Shown: positions 9,896 to 17,503 of the stretch, piece by piece | Layout: every line of letters starts with the position of its first letter | Position numbering within the stretch: the stretch's first letter is position 1 | DNA from: a virus | Lineage: Duplodnaviria; Caudoviricetes | Direction: 5' to 3' (one strand) | Length of the DNA: 64,000 bases | IMG/VR virus record: IMGVR_UViG_3300030372_004928 | Location: 16,497 to 80,496 of that record | Translations under genes and position numbers: made by a program | Notes under the pieces: generated by a model | Seen by the model: the letters and a program-made list of their open reading frames with translations, nothing else | Told to the model about the DNA's origin: nothing | The model's database searches: none

Positions 9896-10594
9896 ATGGC
9901 AAAACGTAAAGCCGTTGGCACAGAAGTTACAGGAAAGAATAACGTGCCTTTTAAAGTATCTCCTGACAAACCATTTAATTTAGCAGCAATTGAATCCGTT
10001 GCAGTTTCGTGGAGAACAAATGATGATGATGAAAAAATTCCTTCATTAGTATTTGTTTTTCATAGTGAAAACAAAGAACGTACACACATTCATTATGAAA
10101 ACATGATTGAAGGCGATTTGGGTAAATTAACTGAAAGCAAAAGAATAAATGCTCAAGATGCACATCTTGCACATATGTTTAATTGTTTTATGGGAGATGG
10201 AGCACACACAACTGCAGGACCAGAAAATTCTCCATTAGGTACTGTTGTAGGTAAAGTTGATGGAAAAAAAGCTATTTTAGAAGATGCAGATTATGATAAA
10301 TTCTTCGAATCTGTTGCAGATAGTTTTAATAAAGGAAGAGGAGGAAAACCTGTCTTTAAAACTAAAGAAGGTAAAGCAATTCCATTTTGGTTGAAATTAA
10401 CTTATTCTCCAAAAGGACAATTACAAATTCCATTATTTAATAACTTTATGGATAGGTATAGAGAAGGACATGATTGTTTACTAACTATTAATCCTCAATA
10501 TGATAGAGTACAACAACCTTCTGCAAATGCAAATCCTTTAGCTGCAACTAATGTAGCTGCAACTGTAGTAAAACCTAAAGGATTCGAATTTTAA
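9896..10594 (+). CDS. Putative ssDNA-binding protein / conserved crAss-type replication protein
   Basis: Lies between the annealase and the primase in its own terminator-bounded unit. Beta-rich with a flexible tail ending in aromatic residues (KGFEF), but it lacks the usual acidic SSB tail. Confidence 0.4.
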   Translation: MAKRKAVGTEVTGKNNVPFKVSPDKPFNLAAIESVAVSWRTNDDDEKIPSLVFVFHSENKERTHIHYENMIEGDLGKLTESKRINAQDAHLAHMFNCFMGDGAHTTAGPENSPLGTVVGKVDGKKAILEDADYDKFFESVADSFNKGRGGKPVFKTKEGKAIPFWLKLTYSPKGQLQIPLFNNFMDRYREGHDCLLTINPQYDRVQQPSANANPLAATNVAATVVKPKGFEF

Positions 10595-10621
10595 GTTTAA
10601 ATAGGTTTTTGATTTATTATG

Positions 10622-10657
10622 AGGGGTGTAATAGAATTTTTCTATGCACCCCTTTTT
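10622..10657 (+). terminator. Intrinsic terminator
   Basis: aggggtgtaatagaa-tt-tttctatgcacccct followed by a T-run. Confidence 0.8.
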
Positions 10658-10668
10658 AAACCCATAAT

Positions 10669-11787
10669 ATGAAGAAGAGAATTACATTACCAAAATTGAC
10701 TATAAAATATATCCTAAGTAAAATTTCAGCTGAAGAAATATTTAGTTATTATTGGAATATTTCTTTACAAGATATTTCTTATTGTATAAATACAGGAAAA
10801 GCAATGTTTGCTCCTTATAGAAAAGATGTAAATAAACCAAGTTTAGGTTTCTATCTAAAAAATGAAAAACTTTATGCAAGAGATTTTGGGGGATATTTTT
10901 GGGGAGATTGTTTTGATGCAGTAGCTTTTATATTAAAATTAGGAAAATCTGGAAGTGAATTTGGAAAGTTATTAGATACTATTGCAAAAGATTTTGGAAT
11001 ACATAAATATAAAAGTAAAAGTAATAGTACTTACACTAGAAAAATCAAAACAAAATCTATAAAAAAATCTAAAATTGAAATTACAGTTAGTGCAAGAGAT
11101 TGGAATTCTTATGATGCTAATTATTGGAAAGAAAAATATAATATAGGTAGTAAATTATTGAAAGAATATTATGTATATCCTGTAGATACAGCATTTATCA
11201 ATGGATTATTATGTTATACTTACGATATTTATAATCCTTGTTATGCTTATTTTTTTGGATTAGATGATGATGGAATTCAAAATTGGAAACTATATTATCC
11301 TTTTGCCAATAGTAAGAAAGGACAATCTAAATTTATGCAAAATAGTTCTTGTATAGAAGGTGCTTTACAAATTAGAAAAGCAAAATATGGAATTATCACA
11401 AAAAGTTATAAAGATGTAATTGCTTTAGAAAATGTGATTAGAAAAACCTCTTTACCTATACTGGCTTTAGCTACTCCTTCTGAAAGTACTTTATTATCTG
11501 AAAATCAATATAAAACTATTATGACATATGTTGATGTTTTATATACTTTATCAGATTATGACAGAACAGGGTTAAAATTTGCTTCTAAAATGAGGAAAAA
11601 ATATAATACTATTCCTTTATTATTTACAAGAGGTTTATTTAATAAATATGATTTTAAAGCTAAAGATTTTAGTGATAATATAGAAAAACATGGATTTAAC
11701 AATCTATGCAAATTAACAAACAATATTTATAAACATGGTCATAAAGACTTTTTAAAGAAATTTACAAATGAACAAATCTTTAGATAA
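10669..11787 (+). CDS. dnaG: DNA primase (DnaG/TOPRIM, crAss type)
   Basis: N-terminal APYRKD..PSLGF...DFGG.FWGDCF (CHC2-like fold lacking Zn ligands); TOPRIM-like ITKSYKDV, PSES, SDYDRTG, KDFSD. Confidence 0.85.
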   Translation: MKKRITLPKLTIKYILSKISAEEIFSYYWNISLQDISYCINTGKAMFAPYRKDVNKPSLGFYLKNEKLYARDFGGYFWGDCFDAVAFILKLGKSGSEFGKLLDTIAKDFGIHKYKSKSNSTYTRKIKTKSIKKSKIEITVSARDWNSYDANYWKEKYNIGSKLLKEYYVYPVDTAFINGLLCYTYDIYNPCYAYFFGLDDDGIQNWKLYYPFANSKKGQSKFMQNSSCIEGALQIRKAKYGIITKSYKDVIALENVIRKTSLPILALATPSESTLLSENQYKTIMTYVDVLYTLSDYDRTGLKFASKMRKKYNTIPLLFTRGLFNKYDFKAKDFSDNIEKHGFNNLCKLTNNIYKHGHKDFLKKFTNEQIFR

Positions 11788-12295
11788 AAGACAAACTCCT
11801 TATCCAAAATATGTATTACATAAGCGAGTTAAATTTTTAACTTTAAATGAGCAGGAATCTAAAAATCATTTAATTAAAACAAGAGTAACATCTTTAAATG
11901 AAAATCAATATGAAGCTATTACATTTTTAATTAATAATAAAGATGAATTGAATTCTTGGGAAAAAACTAAATTAAAAGATTTATATAAAAGTCTTAATGC
12001 TAATAAATTAAGATATGATCTTAGGTCAAAAACTGTTAGTATTGGAAAAACAAAAATAAAACTTGACGATATTTTAATAATAGATAAATCTGAAAAATGT
12101 ACTCTTAATATATCTAAACATTTAAAGTACAAAATTATTAGAGAAAATAAATATTGGTATAATTACGGAGGAGAATTTTATGATTATTTTGGTACAGGAT
12201 TACAAGAAGTAAGTGCTGCTTGGAAAACTATATTACAAATAATCTCTTGCGATGATTATTGTTTAATATTTAAAGTTAGTAAAAAATTATTATAA
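11768..12295 (+). CDS. Hypothetical protein
   Basis: 175-aa ORF overlapping the primase end; co-oriented. Confidence 0.65.
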   Translation: MNKSLDKRQTPYPKYVLHKRVKFLTLNEQESKNHLIKTRVTSLNENQYEAITFLINNKDELNSWEKTKLKDLYKSLNANKLRYDLRSKTVSIGKTKIKLDDILIIDKSEKCTLNISKHLKYKIIRENKYWYNYGGEFYDYFGTGLQEVSAAWKTILQIISCDDYCLIFKVSKKLL

Positions 12296-12318
12296 AAAAA
12301 TTTAAAATTTTATAAAAA

Positions 12319-12813
12319 ATGAGTGACGACCTTATTAAATTTGGAAATAATGTAGAAGTTTCAGAAGTTTCTAATCAAATTATTGATAATATAATAGATG
12401 GAAATTTAGACCCTCTACATGTAGCAATTTCATTTAAACGTATACAAAAAGTTATAGATTCTGTTAAAAATAATACAGAAATTAAAGAAGCTATTAATAG
12501 AGAAACTTTAAAATATACTACAGGAAATGAAAAAAGACCTGCATTTGGAGCAATGGTAGAATATGCCCCTACATATACAAAATATGATTATAAAGCTTGT
12601 AATCATCCAGAATTAGAAGAATATAATAAAATATTAATTATATGTAAAGCACGTATAAAAGAATTAGAAAAAGAACTACAAAGTGCTCCTTCTGGTGGAG
12701 TAGATATTATTGTAGAAACAGAACCAAAATTAGATATTGTAAGTAGTGGAGAGGTAGTTAAAGTATATCCTCCTACTAAAAAACAAACCTTTGGCACAAA
12801 AATATTTGTTTAA
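12319..12813 (+). CDS. Hypothetical phage protein
   Basis: 164-aa ORF with helical/coiled-coil N-terminus; followed by a hairpin. Confidence 0.75.
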   Translation: MSDDLIKFGNNVEVSEVSNQIIDNIIDGNLDPLHVAISFKRIQKVIDSVKNNTEIKEAINRETLKYTTGNEKRPAFGAMVEYAPTYTKYDYKACNHPELEEYNKILIICKARIKELEKELQSAPSGGVDIIVETEPKLDIVSSGEVVKVYPPTKKQTFGTKIFV

Positions 12814-12817
12814 ATAA

Positions 12818-12860
12818 ATACTCATAGATTCTTTTATAAGTTTCTATGAGTATAATTTTT
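12818..12860 (+). terminator. Hairpin, probable terminator or RNA processing site
   Basis: Perfect 11-bp stem atactcataga...tctatgagtat followed by aattttttt. Confidence 0.6.
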
Positions 12861-12865
12861 TTCTT

Positions 12866-13018
12866 ATGAAGATAATTTATAATAAGATATATGTTGAAAA
12901 TGAACATGTAGCGACTATTAGTTTTGGTCAATTAATTGTTAAAACTGATGATAAGGATATAATCAAAAAATTAAAAATACAAGCTTTTAAATTAAATTTA
13001 GAATTAATTACTTATTAA
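12866..13018 (+). CDS. Small hypothetical protein (50 aa)
   Basis: Translated by hand: MKIIYNKIYVENEHVATISFGQLIVKTDDKDIIKKLKIQAFKLNLELITY. Fills the gap before the ORF at 13031. Confidence 0.6.
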   Translation: MKIIYNKIYVENEHVATISFGQLIVKTDDKDIIKKLKIQAFKLNLELITY

Positions 13019-13030
13019 AAACAATCAACT

Positions 13031-13273
13031 ATGTCTGACATAATAATTGAATACTGGGATAATAAAAAATTAGTACATACTTTCAATAAATCTGGTGATG
13101 AAGAAAAAATTTTTAGAGATGTATATAACAAAAATCGTGAATTAAGATATTGCGATAGAAGTTATTTTAAATTAAAAAATAAAGAAGATGAGCAAAGATA
13201 TTTTGAATGGATAAATAAACTAAGTCGTCAAACCAGATTTGATATGTATTATGGAAATGATGAAGTTGAATAA
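13031..13273 (+). CDS. Small hypothetical phage protein
   Basis: 80-aa ORF, tightly packed with its neighbours; LRYC...YF and FDMYYGN motifs. Confidence 0.7.
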   Translation: MSDIIIEYWDNKKLVHTFNKSGDEEKIFRDVYNKNRELRYCDRSYFKLKNKEDEQRYFEWINKLSRQTRFDMYYGNDEVE

Positions 13274-13287
13274 AAATTATTAAAAAT

Positions 13288-13485
13288 ATGACTGATAAAC
13301 CTATTGATGAAGAAACTTTAACTAAAGAAGTATTTCTTTTTCTAGATATATTAAAGGAAAGTGGAGTTACTAATATGTTAGGTAGTGTACCATACATAAT
13401 GGCTGAATTTAATATAAATAAAATAAAATCGAGAAAATTACTTATTTCATGGATAAAAAATATTGAAAATGAAAACACCGTTTAA
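13288..13485 (+). CDS. Small phage protein of the 'L.ESG.TNM.G..PY' type (DUF5049-like)
   Basis: FLDILKESGVTNMLGSVPYIMAEF resembles a recurrent small phage protein family; recognised from memory only. Confidence 0.45.
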   Translation: MTDKPIDEETLTKEVFLFLDILKESGVTNMLGSVPYIMAEFNINKIKSRKLLISWIKNIENENTV

Positions 13486-13663
13486 TGGATTTGAAAATTA
13501 TTTACTTACTAAAGGATTAGAACTTAAAGTTGAAAGTATAAAAGAAGAAATTAGAGAAGCTAAAGCAAAAAATAAAAATCATCTAATGACTGAAGATTAT
13601 ATTGAAATAGTTGGAAAAGAATTACTTAGAAAAGTACATAATTTTACTAAAAAAGACTTATAA
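13463..13663 (+). CDS. Small hypothetical protein
   Basis: 66-aa ORF overlapping the previous gene. Confidence 0.65.
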   Translation: MKMKTPFNGFENYLLTKGLELKVESIKEEIREAKAKNKNHLMTEDYIEIVGKELLRKVHNFTKKDL

Positions 13664-13664
13664 A

Positions 13665-13871
13665 ATGAATAAAAAGCAATTTACAACCCGAATGGAACTT
13701 TTAAGACATAGTCTTAATATTACCCTAGAATCTATGAAAGAAACTGTAAAATCTTATGTTTCTGATTCAAATAATAAAAATATAAATTTATATGAAACAG
13801 ACACTATTTTACAAGAAATAGATTTCAAATCTTATTTATTATCTGATAAAATTAAAAAAATAGAGAAATGA
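13665..13871 (+). CDS. Small hypothetical protein
   Basis: Supplied ORF is 13611..13871. The internal ATG (MNKKQFTTRM) just after the previous stop is the more likely start. The stop overlaps the next ATG (ATGA). Confidence 0.6.
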   Translation: MNKKQFTTRMELLRHSLNITLESMKETVKSYVSDSNNKNINLYETDTILQEIDFKSYLLSDKIKKIEK

Positions 13872-14107
13872 GCGATTTACAAAAAAAACTTCAAAAAATA
13901 GTAGATGAAAATGCTAAAAGAGTAGAAGATACAGGTAGAGCACATATAGATACATGTGACGCTAGTTATTATGGATGGGATTCTGATGTTTGGGATCATC
14001 GTCACACTATTATGAATGCCTTTAGAAATAGGGGTTATCAAGTAAGTGCAACAACAAATCACGGTGTACTAGACATCGTTATTACTAAACCTATAGAACT
14101 CAATTAA
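13868..14107 (+). CDS. Small hypothetical protein
   Basis: 79-aa ORF, ATGA-coupled to the previous gene. Confidence 0.7.
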   Translation: MSDLQKKLQKIVDENAKRVEDTGRAHIDTCDASYYGWDSDVWDHRHTIMNAFRNRGYQVSATTNHGVLDIVITKPIELN

Positions 14108-14109
14108 TT

Positions 14110-14445
14110 ATGGAAGAATCAAAATATAGTATAATAGAAGAAAATAAAATGATTGCTCATTTTATGGGTTTAGAAATAATTACAGACGGAATAAATCATT
14201 TTGATACAAAATTTAATCGTTTAAAAGATTATCATAAAGATTGGAATGCTTTAATGCCTGTAATTTATAAAATTATATGGTTAGAAGGTTATGATGACCC
14301 TGAATCATATGATGAAATATATGGAGGATTAACTAATGCATTGATAGGTCAAACTTATAATGCAGTAATTTTATTTTTAGAAAACAATATTTATAATAAG
14401 ATTGATTTAAAAAAATCAAAATTTAAATACTATGAAAAACAATGA
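14110..14445 (+). CDS. Small phage protein, paralog A of a tandem pair
   Basis: EENKMIAHFMG and YHKDWNALMPVIYKI motifs are shared with the next ORF. Confidence 0.7.
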   Translation: MEESKYSIIEENKMIAHFMGLEIITDGINHFDTKFNRLKDYHKDWNALMPVIYKIIWLEGYDDPESYDEIYGGLTNALIGQTYNAVILFLENNIYNKIDLKKSKFKYYEKQ

Positions 14446-14704
14446 AAACAAACTAATAGTAGAATTTATGGAAATTGACTATGTAGATGTTGATACTTGG
14501 TTAGAAAATAATTCAGAATTAAAATACCAAGAATCGTGGGATTGGTTAATTCCTGTAGTAAAAAAGTGTTTGCAAACAGGAAATAATACTGATGAGTGGG
14601 ATGAGATTTCTAATTCTTTAAATACAATGGATAAAGAAGTAGTTTACAATCAAATAATTGAATTTATTAAACAATATAATATAGATAAAGATGGAACAAG
14701 ATAA
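14432..14704 (+). CDS. Small phage protein, paralog B of a tandem pair
   Basis: ENKLIVEFME and YQESWDWLIPVVKKC motifs are shared with the previous ORF. Confidence 0.7.
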   Translation: MKNNENKLIVEFMEIDYVDVDTWLENNSELKYQESWDWLIPVVKKCLQTGNNTDEWDEISNSLNTMDKEVVYNQIIEFIKQYNIDKDGTR

Positions 14705-14807
14705 ATTTTATCCAGGCGATACTATCACTTGGATAGTAAAAACTAAAAAAACTAAAAAATCTATTAAAGTAAAAACTAAAGTATCTAAAAAAAAGTCTTA
14801 TGAATGA
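14691..14807 (+). CDS. Lys-rich 38-aa peptide
   Basis: Translated by hand: MEQDKFYPGDTITWIVKTKKTKKSIKVKTKVSKKKSYE. Overlaps both neighbouring ORFs in typical coupling. Confidence 0.5.
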   Translation: MEQDKFYPGDTITWIVKTKKTKKSIKVKTKVSKKKSYE

Positions 14808-15153
14808 CATTATAGAAGAATTAAAACAAACTCCAATGGAAACTTTTGGTTTTGATGCAAGAATCTTTGATGCTGTTAAGGCAGGTAATTATTACCTGTC
14901 TTGCCAAGGGAGTGGAGGACATTATTGTTACCCAAGAACTTTATTACCTATTGATAAATATTCTTCTTTAGAAGTTGCCGTTTATAATAATAAAAGAAAA
15001 ATGATTAATATCTCTAGAAGTAGTGTATTAAGAAAATTCCCTCATTACTCAAAATTACTTGAATGTAGTGATGGAAGTATACTGTCATGGGTAGATATTA
15101 ATTTATTAAATGATTTATACAAATACCTAAAAGATTATGAGCCAAGAAAATGA
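14800..15153 (+). CDS. Hypothetical protein
   Basis: 117-aa ORF with a LSCQGSGGHYCYPR motif. Confidence 0.7.
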   Translation: MNDIIEELKQTPMETFGFDARIFDAVKAGNYYLSCQGSGGHYCYPRTLLPIDKYSSLEVAVYNNKRKMINISRSSVLRKFPHYSKLLECSDGSILSWVDINLLNDLYKYLKDYEPRK

Positions 15154-15511
15154 AGATTATATAAATAAAAGATTAATATATTGTTCTTTACTATTACAAG
15201 AATATGGTTATAGAGAGTTAATTAATTCGCCATTAGTGAAAGGGGAGAACAAATATATGTGTAAATCTAAACTTAAATATATAAAAAACAATCTATTACA
15301 ATTTGCAAGAAATGCAGGAGCAACAAGACAAATGGTACAAAAAAGTGAAGATATTGCTATAAATAATGTAGGATTAATGGCTAGTGTGATGGGAACATTA
15401 GCTCTTGTTCCTGAATGTCAAATTGATTTTATAGAAACAGAATTTGCTAAAATTTGTCTAGAATCAATGAATAGATTTAATAAAACTAAAAAACTTAAAA
15501 AAGATGAATGA
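15137..15511 (+). CDS. Hypothetical helical protein
   Basis: 124-aa ORF coupled to both neighbours. Confidence 0.7.
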   Translation: MSQENEDYINKRLIYCSLLLQEYGYRELINSPLVKGENKYMCKSKLKYIKNNLLQFARNAGATRQMVQKSEDIAINNVGLMASVMGTLALVPECQIDFIETEFAKICLESMNRFNKTKKLKKDE

Positions 15512-16010
15512 AGAAACTATGATTGAATATAAATCTAAAAAAAAAGTTAAATCTGAAGTAAATATATGTCAAGAGTTTATATTAGAAACAAAAGTAAATT
15601 ATAAACAAGGAAATATAGTTATAACAGGAAGTCATATTTCTAATGAAGAATTACATAAAATTTGGAATAATAAATTTAAAGATATAAGATTACGAGAAAG
15701 ATTTGTTACTTTATATTTAAATCGAAATAATTATATATTAGGTTATTATTTAGCAGGTATGGGTTCAACTTGTGGTATAACAATAGATATGAAACATATA
15801 ATTCAAACAGGTTTACAATGTAATGCACAAGCAATTATTCTTTGTCATAATCATCCTTCTGGAAATATTAATCCATCAAGAGCTGATTTAGATTTGACAA
15901 AAAAAATTAAAGAAGCTGCAAAATTTTTTGATATTAGTGTACTAGATCATATAATTATTACACCTGATGAAGATAAATATTATTCTTTTTCTGATGAATC
16001 TAAAATTTAA
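15504..16010 (+). CDS. radC: RadC-family JAB/MPN domain protein
   Basis: RERFVTLYLN, AIILCHNHPSGNINPSRAD and VLDHIII match the RadC/UPF0758 E...HxHxSG...SxxD signature. Confidence 0.9.
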   Translation: MNEETMIEYKSKKKVKSEVNICQEFILETKVNYKQGNIVITGSHISNEELHKIWNNKFKDIRLRERFVTLYLNRNNYILGYYLAGMGSTCGITIDMKHIIQTGLQCNAQAIILCHNHPSGNINPSRADLDLTKKIKEAAKFFDISVLDHIIITPDEDKYYSFSDESKI

Positions 16011-16087
16011 TTAACCTAAATAATTTTTTTATTTTAAAAATTTTATTCTTATTTTGGATGTCAATTCGAATAAGGCTTGATGATTTC

Positions 16088-16121
16088 GAAAAGGTTTCCA
16101 TGTTGGAGACCTTTTCTTTTT
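16088..16121 (+). terminator. Intrinsic terminator (copy 1 of a duplicated hairpin)
   Basis: gaaaaggtttcca-tgt-tggagaccttttc followed by ttttt. Confidence 0.8.
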
Positions 16122-16149
16122 GTTTTTTATTAAGTTTTTATTATATTTG
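16119..16149 (+). promoter_or_regulatory. Bacteroidota primary-sigma promoter (-33/-7)
   Basis: TTTG (16119-16122), a 19-nt spacer, then TATATTTG (16142-16149): an exact fit to the TTTG-N19-21-TAnnTTTG consensus. Confidence 0.6.
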
Positions 16150-16220
16150 AAATGCGAAATAATAAGGCTAAACTTTTGTACTTTAAGTTAAGGTTTCCAA
16201 TTTTGGAAACCTTTTCTTTT
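16150..16220 (+). ncRNA. Putative small RNA (~65 nt) between a consensus promoter and a terminator
   Basis: Promoter and terminator are only ~40 nt apart with no credible ORF. A similar unit lies directly upstream (about 16057-16121). Confidence 0.35.
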
Positions 16221-16223
16221 TTT
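16190..16223 (+). terminator. Intrinsic terminator (copy 2 of a duplicated hairpin)
   Basis: aaggtttccaa-tt-ttggaaacctt followed by ttcttttttt. Confidence 0.8.
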
Positions 16224-16242
16224 GAAAAATTTTAATCGGCAA

Positions 16243-17379
16243 TCAATCTACGTGTTTAGTAAATCTTGCAATTTGTCCATTATGTGGACAGTGTAAAAAT
16301 CCTTCAATAGCAGGTGTAGCTTTATATCCTTTTGAATTATGCCAAGCATCCGTTCCAGATATAGATTTTATATATTCAACAGAAATAGAATTTTTAATAA
16401 TATTTGAGCTATCTTTTATTATTGTAACATCGTTATATTCTTTAGAGATAGTTTTATTAAAATTCTTTCTTATATGATGGTGTAAATGTCCTAAATACCA
16501 ATAGCCGTATTTACATTTTGACCAAGATGCTTTTGCTTCAACTTTCATTAAATTTACAAGTTCTACATCTTTAGCAGTATCTCCATGAGAAAAACCGAGT
16601 AGATTTATTCCATAATGTACATATTTTCTAGCATTTACATTTGTATCAAAACTTATATTTTTACATTTATAATAATAAGCTTCCAAGCATTTAGATAAAT
16701 AATACCCACTTAAATAATCGTGATTACTCATACAATGTATATAATGTATATCTGCTACTTGTAATAAAATATCTATAACTTTAATATATGTTTGAAAAGC
16801 TGCATTATAAGTTTCGTAAAATTTATTACTTACATCTTGTGGTGTTCCTTTAGTAGTAGTATTTAATATACTATCTGTATGTAATATATCATTACCACCA
16901 ACTAATATTATTTTTTCTATATTGAAATTAGTTATATATTCTAATAATCCATTAACTCCATTTAACATTCTTTCAGTAGCGATTTCAAGATTATATTTGT
17001 TTCCTGTTTCCTCTACTGTGGCTAACTTTCCAAAATGAACATCTGAAGGACTAATACAAAACAAGATAGGATTATCATAAGTTTTTCTATTTATTTTTTT
17101 AAATGTAGGAGAGTTATCTTGTATTTCTTTAACAAGAAAATTTGTAGTTTTTATTAAATCAACTTCTTTTGTTTTGGCAAATATTGAATATTTTTTAGAT
17201 TTATACCAATAATGTTTTATATCTTCTTTGGGAATTCCAGCTTCTAATGCTTCTGTTAATAGTCCTTCTTTTTTTGTACGAAATTGTTTAAATTCTTGTT
17301 CTGTAAAATGGTTTCTGAAAAAGTCTGCATCATATTTTGAAAACCATTGAGGCATTCTAGGTCTATTAGGTTTTTTCAT
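16243..17379 (-). CDS. Calcineurin-like metallophosphoesterase
   Basis: SDVHFGK, GGNDILH, SNHD, FSHGD, GHLHH: all five metallophosphoesterase motifs. Confidence 0.88.
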   Translation of the reverse strand: MKKPNRPRMPQWFSKYDADFFRNHFTEQEFKQFRTKKEGLLTEALEAGIPKEDIKHYWYKSKKYSIFAKTKEVDLIKTTNFLVKEIQDNSPTFKKINRKTYDNPILFCISPSDVHFGKLATVEETGNKYNLEIATERMLNGVNGLLEYITNFNIEKIILVGGNDILHTDSILNTTTKGTPQDVSNKFYETYNAAFQTYIKVIDILLQVADIHYIHCMSNHDYLSGYYLSKCLEAYYYKCKNISFDTNVNARKYVHYGINLLGFSHGDTAKDVELVNLMKVEAKASWSKCKYGYWYLGHLHHHIRKNFNKTISKEYNDVTIIKDSSNIIKNSISVEYIKSISGTDAWHNSKGYKATPAIEGFLHCPHNGQIARFTKHVD

Positions 17380-17461
17380 ATATTTTTTAATATGTGAATA
17401 TTAATATTTACAAAAACTTTTAAAAAAGATAGCCAATAGAAGGGAAAAACTATTAGGTGTT

Positions 17462-17498
17462 ACAGCTGTGACAGCTGTGTAAGTTGTGCTAGTTGTGT
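17462..17498. repeat. Short degenerate tandem repeats with palindromic ACAGCTGT units
   Basis: acagctgtg-acagctgtg-taagttgtg-ctagttgtg in an otherwise A/T-rich intergenic gap. Confidence 0.6.
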
Positions 17499-17503
17499 AT
17501 ATA

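Noticed and set aside
16152-16235. 27-codon leaderless ORF (MRNNKAKLL...) after the consensus promoter
   Set aside because: It runs through the terminator hairpin and U-tract and has no equivalent in the sister unit, so a non-coding interpretation fits better.
16045-17500. CRISPR mini-array interpretation of the repeats at the module junction
   Set aside because: There are only two units, and the shared parts are a 9-mer and a terminator hairpin. There is no repeat-spacer periodicity of about 30-47 nt identical repeats, and no cas genes.
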